The notes under the pieces were generated by a model, which made no database searches, had not been told where the DNA came from, and saw nothing but the letters and a program-made list of their open reading frames with translations. A stretch of DNA of 64,000 nucleotides from Cyanophora paradoxa CCMP329 (Eukaryota > Plantae > Glaucophyta). Made by a program: the position numbers and the translations under genes. Position 1 is the stretch's first letter, and every line of letters starts with the position of its first letter. Shown in pieces: positions 63,301 through 64,000 of this stretch. Where the stretch lies: positions 1,116,001-1,180,000 of the forward strand of contig QPMI01000408.1 in NCBI GenBank assembly GCA_004431415.1, read 5' to 3'.

Positions 63301-64000
63301 GACGTGATCGCCCCCGTCTCGCGGCCCGCCACCGGCTCGGCCGGGAGTCCCTCCCGCGGCCGGCCCTACACGGGCGCCTCGGCGGGGGGGTACGGCCCCG
63401 GCTACGACCGCTACGCGCCCCCGCCCGGGGAGTGGCAGCCTGAGCCCGACCCCGGCATCACCTACTCCGACCTCTACAACCCGCGCTCGCCGGTGGGTTT
63501 CCTTGAACCCTTGGCTAGACTTTAAACTGTTCCGCCCGGATTCGAACCCGCGCCCGCAGTACTTCAACGGGCGCGGCGTGGACGAGTACGACGAGTACGG
63601 CCGCCCGTACGCGGCGGGGCCCGCGCCCCCGCCGCAGGGGTACAGCAGCCACGGCCCGCCCCCGCCTGGCTCTGCCTACGGCTCGCGCGGCCGCGCGGGC
63701 TCACCCACGCGGCGCCCGCCCCCGGGCTCCGCCCCGCCGCCGGGTCGGCGCCGCCCACCAAAGCCTCGCCTTTTCGCCGGCTGACGTGCGCCATGTGCAT
63801 GCGCAGAGCCCGGCGCGTACGCCCGCAGCCCGAGCCCTACGCGCTCGCGGCCGCCCTACTCTTCCGGGGGCTACTCGAATTCCGGGTCCGCCCCTCTCGA
63901 ACCCGCTCGCGCGCTTCCGCCCCTTACGGCGTACCCCCTGCAGCTACGCGCCCCAGGCCCGCCGCGCGCCCCCGCCGCAGCAGCGCTCCCGGCCCCCGAC
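60320..64000 (+). CDS. Low-complexity Pro/Ala/Gln-repeat protein, multi-exon, 3'-partial; apparent frameshifts in the repeat tract
   Basis: ATG at 60320 followed by (AQPAGAPPAQPAAAPPAPAA)n. Downstream spliced exons read ...GYAERLGLQLGILGTKSNYQLPYK|VREIMDAREADRLYSQ|FLRERAAERQ.... Confidence 0.65.
60480..62060 (+). repeat. ~60-bp coding minisatellite (20-aa PAQ repeat), more than 20 degenerate copies
   Basis: gctcagcccgcgggagcgccgccagcacagcc recurs with a 59-60 bp period (e.g. 60542, 60602, 60662, 60721, 60781). Confidence 0.92.

Noticed and set aside
29000-64000. Numerous Arg/Pro/Gly-rich ORFs of 100-450 aa in the ORF track
   Set aside because: They are expected from the scarcity of stop codons at ~70% GC and overlap spliced genes identified in other frames.

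Overview
GC-rich, intron-dense nuclear DNA of a eukaryotic alga. It is most likely a glaucophyte such as Cyanophora, inferred from an intron-containing nuclear apcC phycobilisome linker gene and Phe-containing plastid transit peptides. Most entries in the ORF track are GC-rich shadow frames; the genes below were reconstructed by eye from short (mostly ~50-110 nt) GT/GC-AG introns, so exon boundaries are approximate. Positions 1-28097 hold the 3' part of a giant (>8,500 aa) single-pass receptor: 16 near-identical ~400-aa repeats (each 4 Cys-paired beta modules) in one ~20.8-kb exon, then a REJ-like region, a GPS/GAIN autoproteolysis motif, one TM helix and a cytoplasmic tail. The rest of the window is a compact gene array, often head-to-head: a two-module membrane protein, proA, a plastid KEA-type K+/H+ antiporter, apcC, a small SH3-like ORF, a kinesin with degenerate switch motifs and Sfi1-like repeats, a yippee-like gene, a DnaJ-type zinc-finger gene, nicotinamidase, a mitochondrial carrier, a probable GPI-anchored surface protein, a plastid SAM methyltransferase and a Pro/Ala/Gln-repeat protein. 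The most unusual pattern is a position-dependent build-up of GTAC/GTACCCC in distal gene bodies (splice donors, introns and synonymous Val codons), which may be the footprint of a non-CpG DNA-modification system.
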